NCBI GenBank assembly: GCA_030141605.1
Contig: JAQGDQ010000124.1
Span: 434,001 to 498,000, forward strand
Source: Tubiluchus corallicola
Lineage: Eukaryota; Animalia; Priapulida
Reading direction: 5' to 3'
Length of the DNA stretch: 64,000 nt
Part shown: positions 39,005 to 53,095 of the stretch, piece after piece
Position numbering within the stretch: position 1 is the first letter of the stretch
Layout: each line of letters begins with the position of its first letter
Made by a program: the position numbers and the translations under genes
Notes under the pieces: generated by a model
What the model was told of the DNA's origin: nothing
Database searches by the model: none
Seen by the model: the letters and a program-made list of their open reading frames with translations, nothing else

Positions 39005-40800
39005 TATTATTATTAAAAATCTTTATTGAAAATGACACTATAAGCCCTCTATTTGCAAGGCACATTAATACAAAATGTTAAATAAATCTTTACATTATGT
39101 ACATTAAATAAATTTTTGCATTAAATTCTTCACAATTACCAATTTCTTACTAAACAAGCTAACAATTCTGCATTACGATCTACTAATTCTAAATACATAT
39201 CCCACATTTGCACGTGTTATACTCTATGTACAAGTAGTATATATTGTAGCTTATACATACATAAATAAACTTATATTGATGTCATTCGTATATAAACGGT
39301 ATGCCAGTATAATCAATTTGTTATAAGATTATTTCGGGTTAGTCTTTTACAATATCTATGTACATTTTCATTACATTAGTATCTCTCTTTCTGTAAATGG
39401 TCCGAATGTCAGTTTTTACTAAGCCTCGTTCGAGATTTACTCTTATATGTAACAAGTGGTAAGGGGCAAAGAAAAATTGAATGCTCTGGGGTTTGGCTGC
39501 CCAAACCGCAAACACACAGATCTGAATCAGTCAATTCTGATGTTCGTCCTTCGAATCGAAGATGACCATAGTGACAGGGATAAAGGGTCAGTTTGGGGGG
39601 TTGTCATTCCTTTGATGAGCTCGAAGGTGACTGACTAGGCCAATTCTGGCCTGGAAACTTCTTTGGCATTTGGCACAGGTGAGGCTGGGTGTTTCGACCT
39701 ATTGTTGGGCAGTGTGACATGCCTTGCGTCTCCTGCGCTTCTCTTCTGCCTCCTCAATTCTTTTCGCCTCTGCTGTCTTAGCCCCTGTGGTGATGGCACT
39801 CTGCCATGCTGAGCGATCTTGTGCAAGGGTTTCCACTAAGCGGATATCCATGCTGAGCTTCTTGAGTGAAGCGTCTTTGAAGCGTTTCTTTGGTCGTCCA
39901 GCCTTTCTCTTTCCAGACTCAAGTTCTCCATAGAGTATCTTCTTTGGTATGCGGTTGTCTGGCATGCGAATCAAATGTCCTGCCCACCGAACTTGTGTTT
40001 TGAGGAGGAGTGTATGGATGCTGGGGAGGTCAGCTCTTTTAAGTACCTCTGTGTCTGGCACCTTGTCCTGCCACTTGATGTGCAGGATTTTTCTCAGACA
40101 GCACATGTGAACGTGGTTAAGTTGTTTTACGTGTCTCCTATATAATGTCCAGGATTCGCTGGCATAGAGGAGAGTAGTGATGACGACAGCTCTATACACC
40201 TTCAATTTTGTGATGGTTCTGATGCCTTTCCTGTCCCATACGTTGGAGCGGAGTCTTCCAAATGAAGTGCTAGCCTTGGCAATTGTGTTGTTGATTTCTG
40301 TATCGATGTTGGCAGCTGTGGTAAGGGTGCTCCCCAGGTATGTGAAGTTGTCAACAGAGATAAGTTCTTGACCATTCAATAAGATCTTTGGCTGAACCTG
40401 TGGGGCGTCTGGGGCTGGTTGGTAAATAACTTCAGTTTTCTTTGTAGAGATTGTTAGGCCGCAGTTCTTGCAGGCTGATGCAAAATGGTCCATCTCTTTT
40501 TGCATTTGTTCTTGGGAGGTGGCACTGAGAGCGCAGTCATCAGCCAAGAGAAAGTCTTTGACTGTGGTTACATGGGTCTTGGTGGTAGCTTGCAAGCGCC
40601 TGGAGTTGAAGAGGCTGCCATATATATATTTCTATCCTGTATTTAAATGATTTGCATCCTCTTCCAATTAGAAGAGCTAACGCACTTGTTTCTATAAATC
40701 TGTCATATTTACTGACTGGTTTATCTAATGGTGTTGTGAATACAGGAATTATCTCTCAACGTATCACTTCGGGCAATTTCTACACCTCTTGTAATCTTTA
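39005..40800 (-). mobile_element. Older LINE 3' remnant (I/Nimb/Jockey-like CCHC knuckle + 3' UTR) interrupted by the RTE copy
   Basis: Removing the RTE restores ..ETSALALLIGRGCKSFKYRIELTDSDLCVCGLGSQTPEHSIFLCP. The minus-strand 3' end has AATAAA and a (TAA)n tail near 39005-39025. Confidence 0.65.
39539..40629 (-). mobile_element. 5'-truncated RTE-clade LINE (RT C-terminal part + C2H2-like finger), inactivated
   Basis: GSLFNSRRLQATTK..FLLADDCAL..GLTISTKKTEV..FTYLGS..LLYASESW..RWAGHLIRMPDNRIPKKILYGEL..GRPKKRFKD. After a premature TAG (39699) comes CAKCQRSFQARIGLVSHLRAH. A 4-bp ttct direct repeat flanks both ends. Confidence 0.93.
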
Positions 40801-42017
40801 AAAACGAATGAGACGAGTGAAGCATGAGGTTACCCTTATTTTAAAGTAAGACCGGACGATGGTTTAGACTCAATCTCATTTTAATTTACTGTCCAAAATA
40901 TGCATTTTCTTGCCTATAAAAGTTAACAATTGTTCCTTATATTTGAATAATTAGCTTAGGAAGTTAATTAACGGCAACCGGACACAGCTTTTGCTTACGT
41001 CAGAAACTAACCACAGTTTCTGCAATGGCAGGCGTCTTCCATTACGCATCAAGCATATTTGCATAAGTGTTACTGTTTAAACGCATGATGTCACGAAAAA
41101 TGGGCTTTACATCATGTGACGTCATGAAACCAACACTGCAGTTCATGATCATGGTCATCACGGTACCGCCTTTTATTTATCGGCCACGCGAATGTGACAA
41201 AAAGGCGCCGCTGCCAATCTTAGTAGAATGTCTGAGCCGCGCGTAGCTTTGAATGTTTAACGAAATTTGAGTATCCGCGGTAATTATTGTTTAATCTAAG
41301 CTTTGATTTAAAATAAGCTATTACAATTTTCAATATTTTAGAGCATTCTTTATACTGAACTCGTGTTTACACAATCATCCGGTTTTGCATTAAGTTTTTT
41401 TGCTTTCTCTTGTATGATACGAAAGTAAAATATTGCATAAAATCGATTATGTGCCGTCACAATTTTACTTCACAGTCTGCAATCATGCGACAATTGGAAG
41501 TCAAGCAGATGTATTTAGGTAAAGCCACTCTTTCTTCATAATTGTTAGACATGTCTGATTTCTCGGAGGTGTTTCAGTGACCCCATTTGCGTCATGTGTT
41601 GAACTGCAGCTCTCCAGTTGCCACTGTGAGACTATTACGTCTTTTATGAGTTTCGTCAAGAGAATATGGCTGACGAAATTACTGAGCAAAAGCTAATAAT
41701 GTGATAGTAATATGAGCCCGGGATCTGATTAATACTGTCAAATATAGTTAAAACTAACATAGAGGTCGCTATACTCGCAACTCACTCACTTGGTCGACGA
41801 GTTATTGATAAGGTTAATCAGTCAAGCTATAGAGTTAGTTCTGTAGCTCAGAGCTTATGAGTTATTTTCAACCCACCTCGTTTCGATTCTCATTTCGTTA
41901 TAAATTTAGACATCATGAAGTCTGATTAACACGAGCTGATCTGACCCAAACCAATCTTTATTACTGTATGTAAGCAACTGAGTAAATGAGTGAATAAGTA
42001 AATAAGTGAGTTAGCGA

Positions 42018-42317
<300 letters not shown>

Positions 42318-44869
42318 ATACAGATAAAATAAAGAAACGAAATCAATTAGAACTACAGGCTTGAACTACGTATAGATCAAGTTAAATGACATAGTCATGC
42401 GTAGAAGTTTAAGTCAAGCTCGCACTAGAGAGAGAGGTAAAAAAAGAACTAAGGTGTTTTGTAACTGCTGAGTGCAAAAGATAGCGCTTTCGACTCTGAC
42501 ACTGAAATCAGTCAATTTTTTACCTGCCTAGGAGCGCCGATAAACAGTAACTGAGTTTTGCTTGCATTTAGGCCCCTAAAGCGAGATTGCTGTAAACTAT
42601 CTATGATTTAATTTCCGCTAGACATTTCGCTGTTTTTGATTTTGCTTCAAGCACAGGTTCAGAATTCAGATGAAATGACAAATAAATCTGCTTATCATCG
42701 GTGAAAATTTGTGTTGCCCAAGAACGTATCCCTGGGGGACACCTGAAGATAAAACAGAGTCTCTTGTCTCTTTAAAACACATCGAAGACATTCAAGTGAA
42801 TTCTACCAAACGAACATATTCTTGTTAAAAAACTAATTTAACCATGAGCTGCTGGGCAAATGCGGTGACTTGTTTGCAATTCGCCTCAGTTTTGCTAATC
42901 AAGCAACTTTAATTCCACCACAATGCAGTTTGTATAGTTAGTTCACAAATGAGAGAATTAGTCAAGACAGAAGTGTGCTTGCAGCATTTATTTTCTCGTT
43001 TAAAGTGTTAAAAGCTCCTGTGCAAACAGCGCCAAACAAACGTCATTCACTCGAATTTGTATTCCGTCTCCGCGGTGACATTTAGTTGTGATTCCGGGGA
43101 GCGTCGTAAAACGCCCGTAAAAACGTTATGGGCGCAGCGCAACGAAAAACCCACAAACCGGACAGGATTCTATAGAGAAATGATATTTACGCTATTTTTA
43201 TTAAAAAAAAACACCGCTGATATTAGGAATTATTCAGAACAGTGTTGGCGAAAATTTTGACGGAAACCGGAAAAAAATGAAACCTTATAAAAATAAATGG
43301 TACAATAATGGCAACGTAAGGCAATTATGAAGCAGCAAAATAAAAACCTATTATCGTGACTTAATGCTTTCCGTATAAAGGCTTTCAGAGTATTCAACGT
43401 TAAAGTAAACAACATGATATCTAGTATGTACTGCCTCTGATCGTTAGTTAGTTAATTTCAAATTGAGAAAAAAACGATGCTATGATAAATGTTGCATTAT
43501 TTTGAATACCATCCTACTAATAAACTGTCACAGTAATCATGCATGAATATACTGTGTTACTACAACAATCTATAATTAAAATAAGCGGTGCGTGTGTGCG
43601 TGTGTGCATGTGTGCATGCGTAAATGCGTGTGCATGTGTATTACGCAGCTTCCACACGCAATCCATGCACGCTTGTGGAAATTACATTGCAGGTTTCAAT
43701 GGTTATTTTACACCGCTGGTATTCTGTCTAGTAACCGTCACGGTAACGCGGAAACCTGAATATACAATAATTAGCCAGAAGATAGCAATAATTACCATCC
43801 AGCTATCAGTTGTCACTTGCAATCATGTAAATCAGAGAAAAGAGACCTCTTGCATGTGGCGATGTCTGAAGTGTTCATGCTCGAGTATTGCTTTTGTTGT
43901 TCCTACTTCAATTAACAGTCAAATTCAGAAGAAGGAAGGTTCTGAAAAATTGCGAAATAACCACGACTCGAACCCAAAACCTTGTGGTTTCAGACCACAA
44001 TCTCTAATCATTTGAGGTCTGCCATATGCAGCTGTCATGCCCTCGCTGTTTATTTTAATTGTAATCATGAGTGATTGATGTAATTCATAAGCGCACGGGA
44101 TAACTTTCACATTTTCTAATTCTCATTAGTTTAGTCTATCGTGTTCTTGTTTATTGCCTGTTTCCTCTTGTAATCTTTCTTTCAGTTCGTTGTAGCCTAA
44201 AACCCTATTAGTGATCCTTTTAATGCCTTTAGAGAGCTCAAAAATTTCTAAACAGTAAAAACATATTGCAGTAAAACTGCGAGCGGAGACGTCATAGTAT
44301 TCGTGTTTTCCATTTTGTAATTATTCTAAACTCAACGAATTTTTTATCAGCTCACGATTTTAAACGCTGCAATTGCGACAACTAAGCCTACATTTTAACT
44401 GAATGAAATTCCAGGCTCACGGAACTACAATCTCATTCTAAACATGGTGCGCTTATTGGGAAGCTTTTGGCCATTCTCGTCAACATTAATTCAACATTAA
44501 TAGCCAAGGTTTTAATGATATATATATATACATATATATATATCATTAAAACCTTGGCTATTAATGTTGTATTTAACTAACGATAGTCATTGCCACTTTA
44601 GAAGAAGGTATGGCTTACCTTTAAGATTTGGTAACATGAATGTTAAAAAGCGAGTTATTAATGCTTTTGATGTGTGTTTACAAGATTATCTGTGAAGAAT
44701 ACGTGAAAACTAACAACATTTCTATGTACGATTATTGTCATTTTTTAAATTGTTTATTTTATGCATACTAATTTCTTTCTTTTTTGCCTGCGTTCATACT
44801 AACTTTTCCTTGTTATATTTTGTGTATATGAATATATATGCTGTATCTGTATGTAGTGGTACTAAATAA

Positions 44870-44966
<97 letters not shown>
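44870..44966. repeat. (AAT)n microsatellite
   Basis: Directly visible. Confidence 0.97.
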
Positions 44967-45327
44967 GCAAGTTGAATAAATAATGAAAAAAAATTAAATG
45001 AAAAAGTTCAAATTTTCTAAAAGAAAAAGAAATGTGTATTTTAACCTTTAAGTTTTGTTAAGTTATAATTTTTACTTACATTTTGAAACCTATTCAATTT
45101 TTTTGACACTTCAAATCTTCAATTACACTGATCAATAGCCACAATGAAAAATAATCTTAAAAAAATCAATACAAAAATTACAATACTGTCATACTAATAT
45201 CTAGTTTCTTACTTTTGTGGGTTTGGCCATAATGTCAAACATAAAATATTTGTTTATTTGGCCGTTTTCAGCAAAAATTAGTAGGTAGGTGCTGAAATGT
45301 ATGTAATTTACCCTCTAAATTCATATA

Positions 45328-45938
45328 CCGTAAAACGGGGTGAGTTCGCCACCCGAGGGTGAGTTCGCCACCCCTTGCGTAATGGCCATTGTAGGTTTGC
45401 TGTAACTATTGTTCAGTGTTTAATGAACAGATATCATGACCACCGTCATTATAAACAGTTTGCGACAGTTATCTTCTTTCAATTAGCACTAGAAGTATTC
45501 CATTCTGCGCTACATATTATTTGTCTACTATTTCTTGCTACTTAACATGCCACGCACCTGCACCCCTGTACCGGGTCATAGATACCAAAATTATACCCCA
45601 GAAGCTCTGGAAGCTGCCCTACATGCCGTTCAAGACGTTCAAGCCTTCCTTGCCAACGTAGGAGTTTCTATTTGAAAACTAAAACTAGACATTTTTCACA
45701 ATTTTTTCATAGGGTGGCGAACTCACCCCAACCAGCCAATCACAACCAGTTAACTTCAGCAGCCTAGAATGGCATTAAACAGTGTTAAATTGTTAGTGGC
45801 GAATTCACCCCACAATAGTGTTTCATTCGAAAGGCAATATAAAGCTTGAACTAAGAAAATCGGTTGGGTAATTCTCTTGCTATGGCAGGAAACGTAAAAA
45901 ATACCCCTAAAAAGTGGCGAACTCACCCCGTTTTACGG
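45328..45938 (+). mobile_element. Internally deleted Tc1/mariner-pogo-type DNA transposon
   Basis: Perfect 25-bp TIR ccgtaaaacggggtgagttcgccac, TA on both sides, and subterminal copies of ggtgagttcgccac. A remnant ORF at 45547, MPRTCTPVPGHRYQNYTPEALEAALHAVQD, resembles the start of an HTH_psq transposase domain. Confidence 0.88.
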
Positions 45939-46797
45939 TACAAATTAAATAAAATTCACAGCTCTATGGCATTTTAAAAAGAGCTCAGGATTTTCCCACT
46001 GAGATAATGTAAAGTGGGCAGTCCAAACTCTAAAGTCCCTCGTGAGGGTTGAAAGTGATAGCGTGTAACGGCATCCATGATGTTATGCAGGAGGTCGTCA
46101 AAGAAAAGTTGCTTTTGTACCGTCTTTGACGGCATTGCATGCAGTAGACCTAATGACTTGAACAAAGCAATAACAACATTGAGACTAAACTCCGTGCATT
46201 CTGTCTTCTGATGTTGTTAATGTGATTTTCAAACAGTAATTGGCCGATGATTGTAACTTTTAAGACTTCCCACTTTGTACGCAGTTAAAACGCAGTGTTT
46301 CCAAATTTTAAACGACTATTTAAGCCAAAACTATTATTTGAATTCTTCAAGGGACTTGCTAGTAAAAAGACACAGGCCTGCTGGTGAGCTACAGTCTAAG
46401 GCGCCTCCCACTAACCTGCCTTCTCACTATCCCATCATTACCTTGGGAGTGGGGCTTTACTTTGTGCACACCCTGTATATTGCTCATAATTTAACTGTAT
46501 AATGCAGATTGAAAAATCATTTTGTCAGTGTATTAAAGCTTTATTTTGCTATCCTACAACAAATTTCACTGCCATTTACATCGGTTAAATTTTATGATGT
46601 GAACGCAGCTTTAATTCCAATAAACCCACAAAAGTGTTGATTTCTTGATAGTAATCTAATACTGTTTTGCGTTAATTTACATTTGGTGATTGGACATATC
46701 CAGTAATCAGTTAGCTGCCTATTAACAATAAATTAGCTAACGATCTGCGCTAAGTTGAAACAATTTCGATATTTTGTTTGAAGTCCTTAGACCAAAG

Positions 46798-47282
<485 letters not shown>

Positions 47283-49379
47283 AATGAGTAATGATCTAAA
47301 AAGCGAAAAATAAAATACAATTAATTGGTTTCAATATATTTGTTTCAAATTTCAACTTCAGTTTTGTAAGGAAATACTATGGAATTTATAGTGCTTTAAA
47401 GTTTGGAATTCTTTTCGTCTATATCTTTTCATCTCTTTTCAGCTTTAATTCTCGGGATAATGTCGCTGAAATTTTCTTTACTAGTGATTTGCGATTCTTA
47501 TAAAATTCAGAAGACGGTATATAATCTCCTTTTTACATAATCCATCGTTAATGGTTAATGGCAAACTGTAATCCCTCTTGTTTGATGGCTTTTAATTGTG
47601 ATTGCATTGAATTTTACGTAGTTTCTTCATTTCGTGATTACAAAAAAGAAAAAAGAAACTTTTAATTAGATAATTCTGTCATTTGCAGGCTCAGATAAAA
47701 GCTATTACTTTATTGGTTAGACAAAAATAATCACAAATCCAACTGATTAGAAATTAAAATTTTATATTAATGACTTATAATAATTATTTAAGGAAAATTT
47801 GCTAATTGTGCTAACTTTTTTTATAGAAGCGAAGTTTCTCGACCAACGATTTGTATATTGTGGGGCAAACAATTCTAATGCATTGATTTACATAACTGTC
47901 TTTTAACTTAGCATATATATAACTAGTTTGTATATTATCATATGTATACATATAATAATCATACATGAAAGACCAGCATGGTAATGCTCTTCAAACCAAG
48001 GCTCATAAAGTATGTAAGATTTCAGATGAAGTTTTATTTATTACAACACCCTCGATATTTGGAAGCCTCAACTCTGAAAATACTCATTTTAATGACTTTC
48101 TGACTTCCCACAAAGGACTATTATACGCACTTTCTTCTGTTACATTAACAGGGTGTGATTTTTACTTCAGATAATTGATCCTGTGAATGTTTCTTATGAG
48201 TAAATCTTTGGACTCGGCCAACGAAAGAACACTTATTTTTCTTCAAGTAAAACCATGATCAATCAGTTTAGTTGTTGTAATAACGACGTCATTAAAAGTT
48301 TTCTGAAACCAGCCACATTTTTTCAAAGAGAGTAATAATAGCAAGGCCAATAATAATAATAAATTTTTCGAATGATAAGAAAAGTTGGAAACATCTTCTT
48401 TGTAATGCTTTATTTCATACTCATACTTTACTTTAAATAGAATTACAGGCTAATACAGTATCATGTATAACTCCGAGCCTAAAAATATTTAAAACTAGTA
48501 AAAAATGCTGCAGTAACCGCATATTGTACTGATAACGGTGGAAATGATTAAAGATGGAACGACAACTGTGCAATTTATGAATTAACGCGAATTTAGAGTA
48601 GAAAAACTAGCACCCCTCTGCCCGCGGAACAAGTGCTGAGATGATGGGGAACTTACGGGGGAACCACAGAACCATTACAATCCACACTTATAAGAAACTT
48701 TTATTACAACGATAACAATAACCTTGGGTGGCCGTGCTGCGAGGTTTAGGAACTATTGCTTGATTGGTAATTAACACCAAAGGCATGTAATATTCTCAAC
48801 TATATTAAATTACTCCCTCACGGGTAACAAATTACAAGGAGTGAAACTGAATGTAAGACTTTCATTTATCGATGTAAGAAACAGTTTAGAAAGCAAAACA
48901 ATTTAATATGATGATTATGTAATCAAGCTTCCCTCGATTTGTATAACATGCTTCTAAGTGGAAACATTTACATAATCAGCCGTTTTATCTGCTAGCTCTG
49001 CATTCAAGCGAAATCATTATAACGCAGTTATGCTTCACATTTTGCAATCAGTCATTTGTCTGCATCTAATTTATCACGATGAAAACAGAATGGTGGACAA
49101 GAAACGGCAAAGAAACGTGAAGAAAAATTGACGTTGTGTAGAGCACGAGATACTGGCAGCGCGTTTGATGTCTGAAGTTTCCAGGCGTCTAACGATCGTT
49201 CGCTGATTTCACGGGTATTGGCATTGTGGGAATGTTCTGAAAGAGATAACATTGATTATTGAGCTTGTATCGCTAAAACAGAACGACAAATAAGGGAATG
49301 TAGGAAAGACGTTCACGTTTATCCAACATTTGATTTCTAGTCGAAGGTGTAGTACTACCTACGTGATGTGATTGTATTA

Positions 49380-49595
49380 TTATAGTTGCCCCAACGAAGT
49401 GGGTAACTGTAGAATTATCAGTTCTGTCTGTCCGTTCATCTGTCTGTCTGTCCCCACTTTTTATAGGCTATAGAGTCATATAGGAAATTGATAACTCGCG
49501 CAAGGACAGGGCATCACTCAAGCTCGGAACCCGTTAATTTTTGAAACAATCGGTGTAGATTTGAATTTTGTACAATTTTGAAAGACATGCGTACA
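49380..49595 (+). mobile_element. Helentron-associated (HINE/DINE-like) element 5' part; related copy at about 7372-7540
   Basis: agttgccc..gggtaact short inverted repeat followed by a (GTCT/GTCC)n tract. Shares taggaa.ttg..agggcat.act..caatcgg...agatttgaatttt with 7400-7530. Confidence 0.5.
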
Positions 49596-50922
49596 TCCAT
49601 CATATAATAACAGTCGTTATTAACACATGTTTGTTTCATTTAGAGCCGCACAGCATGGAAGTAGTCTGTGGTTTTTCACAACCTTTGGGTATATATGTCT
49701 GCATCTGAAATTAGGTTAATTTAAATGCTACTTACGAAAATAACTCCCCGTTAATTTATTGCATTAACCAACCGAAATTGAGCATTAATTAATAAAAAAT
49801 GAAAAGAATCGGCAAAAAGTAAATTCTTTGACGGAACGAACAACTAACCGCTAGCACGAAAAGGCTGGGCAAAATGAAATACTCATTGAAAGAGCAATTA
49901 AGGGCTAAGAAGCCTAAGCTATTGGACAGTATGCCTTGTCCAGGTCAACACCTAATCTTACGGACCACTGGGCTAGTGCAGTGCACTAGACTTTTCATCA
50001 TCACAGGCATGCCTACATGCTGGGGGCTTCGTCAAATAGCCTCTCAATTAAAACTGCGCGTTAATAAAGTTGGTCAATCAAATGTTTATTTACTACGAAA
50101 CGTCTACTTATGAAAATCTTAATCTATGCTTTTACACTAAACTATTAATTTCGAGTTGGAAAAGTTGTCATTTAACATATGTGTAAGCAGAACGCCGTAC
50201 TTACTAACGCAACACATTCACGCACATTCACAAATGATGACGGGCCTGAAGATAATGACTTTAGAAAAGACGTGTTACGAAAGCAAGAATGGCAATATTT
50301 AGTAGCAAATTGTGTTCGTTCTGCATAAAATGAAATTAAGCAGAAACAGAAATATCAGAATTGAGTCTAATGAGAGACTGGAAATGGCTGACGTACTGAG
50401 AAGTACTCTGTTGCGAATGAATGCTGAAATCTAATAGGTAATTTTCTGGAATTGTTCACAGAAAAATGGAAAAACAAAAAATCACGACTAGTCCACAACT
50501 TTTCAGCTTCTCCTTTCTTTCTCCAACTCGTTACCTACAATGGGTAATAATTCTTAATATAAACCGCAATGGTTTGTAAACATTCTGACAATTACAGTCA
50601 TAATCTAACTACCGTAATTAAATATTTATCACTTTTTTTCTTGCGCTTTTTTACTGAACGCAAACTGAGTTGAGCCTATTCTTTACACATCTTAGCACAT
50701 TGCAAGCTGCAATTCAACACGCAAAGCAGGGCCTATTGAATTTGATGTTTGTGGCGAGAACGGAATCTGTGGCCTGTCACTGGCATCGTCGTCGTCTTCT
50801 TTGTGAAGTCGGTTAAGCTTCGAACTTTATTCCACGATGATAAATAAAAACACTGCTAAACAAAGATCAAACATGTCTCACAAAAATACTTGTTTAGTCA
50901 AGTTGGCGTCATCAACAGTCCA

Positions 50923-50923
<1 letters not shown>

Positions 50924-50982
<59 letters not shown>

Positions 50983-51134
50983 TGGTAGTGGTAGTGGTAG
51001 TGGTAGTGGTAGTGGTAGTGGTAGTGGTAGTGGTAGTGGTAGTGGTAGTGGTAGTGGTAGTGGTAGTGGTAGTGGTAGTGGTAGTGGTAGCGGTAATGGT
51101 AGTGCTAGTAGTACTAGTATTATTATTGAAATTT

Positions 51135-51217
<83 letters not shown>

Positions 51218-51270
51218 CGAGTAGGAGTAGGAGTAGCAGCAGCAGCAGCAGTAGTAATAGTAGCAGTAGC
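50924..51270. repeat. (AGT)n/(AGTGGT)n compound microsatellite
   Basis: Directly visible. Confidence 0.97.
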
Positions 51271-51634
51271 TAATCGCTGCAAGGCAGATCTCCGTATTGA
51301 AATCTGTTACTAGTTGGAGTAGTTTCCTACTTTCCTCTGTCATCAATTCTGAGTTCCACTAGCTTGATCGGTTTCACAGCTACAACTTAGCGACTTCTCT
51401 GTTTTACTGACAGCTGCAACTGATAGAACGGGATTTAAATCGTGTAATAAATGTACTTTCACAACGAAACTGTGGCTTTTACCAAAGTGTAATATTCTGT
51501 GGTGCATGTTCCTGACTTCCGATGGCATCTTTAATGATGCTGCACTAAGTTCCTACCGAAAAAAACATTCAATTTTATCGTATGAATCGTTTCAGTGGCT
51601 TTGCTTTTTGAAATGTAATTAAACACTTAAAAAC

Positions 51635-51682
<48 letters not shown>

Positions 51683-52938
51683 ATGTTGTTGTTGTTGTTG
51701 TTACATTTGAAGCAATTTTAAGTTCAGTTTATCTTTTTGTATAGTGTTCTTTGGAACAGATGTTATGTAATTAAGTTTCGAAAACCGGTAGTTACTTGCA
51801 GCGTCGATAATTTCATTGTATCTTCACTTTTTAAAAGCGCCGCCTCGTGTGCATTTATTAAGCTGTTTGCTTTATTATGTGCTGGTACCATAATTAATCA
51901 TCAAGGCGGTTTGGTGAAATAAACAAATAAAAAATCATAAAATGAACAACAGTATTTTACAACTGAAACTGGATGATTTGTGGAAACGTTTATTTAGTTT
52001 TATTGTTTTCGCCCGAATTTGTTTAATTGGTTGCTAAATGCCGCTTGATTTTTATGTTACAGATCCGGAAATGTCTCATAGAGTCGGTTGGCCGACATGA
52101 ATCCGGAATCTCTTCAGGCAGTTACGGATTACGCAACAAGTGCCTCGCAGCAGCAACACGTATGATGATTCCCAATGATGTAACAACATTTAGGTCGACT
52201 ATAATGGCATCAATTCAGACTTGTATTGAAGCCTTTGCTGCAGTGTAAGGTGAGACAGAATTCTAACGCCTGCAACGAGCCATCATCATAAGTACGCGTT
52301 CCTGAGTGGCCGCTTGCTGCCTGCGCACCGAACTCTCAATCCGTGGATTAGTTGTGTTGTTTTTGAAAGTCTAAACGTGGAGATTGGAACCTGGACGCTT
52401 GTTCCACAAAGACAAACATGTTTGCTCCTGTCAGCAGATGAGCAGTAACACGTACCGAGTCCTAACTTCGACAAGGGCGGTATGGCCACTTAAAGTTGAA
52501 GAACTAATGTGTGCCATGTGCCCTTCTTGTTCTCTTGTTAAATTTGCTGCATTTTTCCGTGAAATTTAGATTGTCGGACTGAGAGGTAAGCTTACAATTT
52601 TAGCAGCGCAGTCCCGATGATTGGCTGATTTTCTTCTGTAGAAATGTGTAGAACTTGGAAGCGTACATAGCCGATGCAACGTTCTCATCTCATGAGGCTT
52701 CCGAATTTCGTGCGCTTTTGTTCTAAATAATATACAGCTAGCAAGGAACTTGTGCTAGTTTAAAGTAGTTAAAAGAGTGTATCTCTTTTTCATATACAAC
52801 TCATTAGCTGACATGTGGCTACTAATCACTCGGTACTCATTGTGTTTATGATATAAGTTCCCCGCCATAAGTTCTGCTTTATGAAAGTGAACAGAAAATT
52901 ACGTTGAACAAACCAAAGATTTCGAACATTCCAATGAT

Positions 52939-53095
52939 ATGACTGGCAATATGGATGGTGACTATTTTAATGACACAATTGATTTCTACAACTTCTCCAG
53001 CGATGATATTCTGGACCAGCCTATGACGGAGAGGACTGATATTCGGGCGATATTCACTTTGGCGTACACAATTGTTTTTCTCTGCTGTTTCTTTG
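52939..53095 (+). CDS. TrissinR: First coding exon (N-terminus + TM1) of a class A neuropeptide GPCR, trissin-receptor-like
   Basis: MTGNMDGDYFNDTIDFYNFSSDDILDQPMTERTDIRAIFTLAYTIVFLCCFF-G|GTAAG. It has two N-glycosylation sequons (NDT, NFS), and TM1 ends at the conserved G(N) with a phase-1 intron. YxxVFxCCFFG matches my recollection of trissin receptors. The family call rests on TM1 only. Confidence 0.7.

Noticed and set aside
43960-44025. B-box-like ggttcgagtc on the minus strand as a tRNA gene
   Set aside because: No intact cloverleaf; at most a decayed tRNA-derived SINE head.
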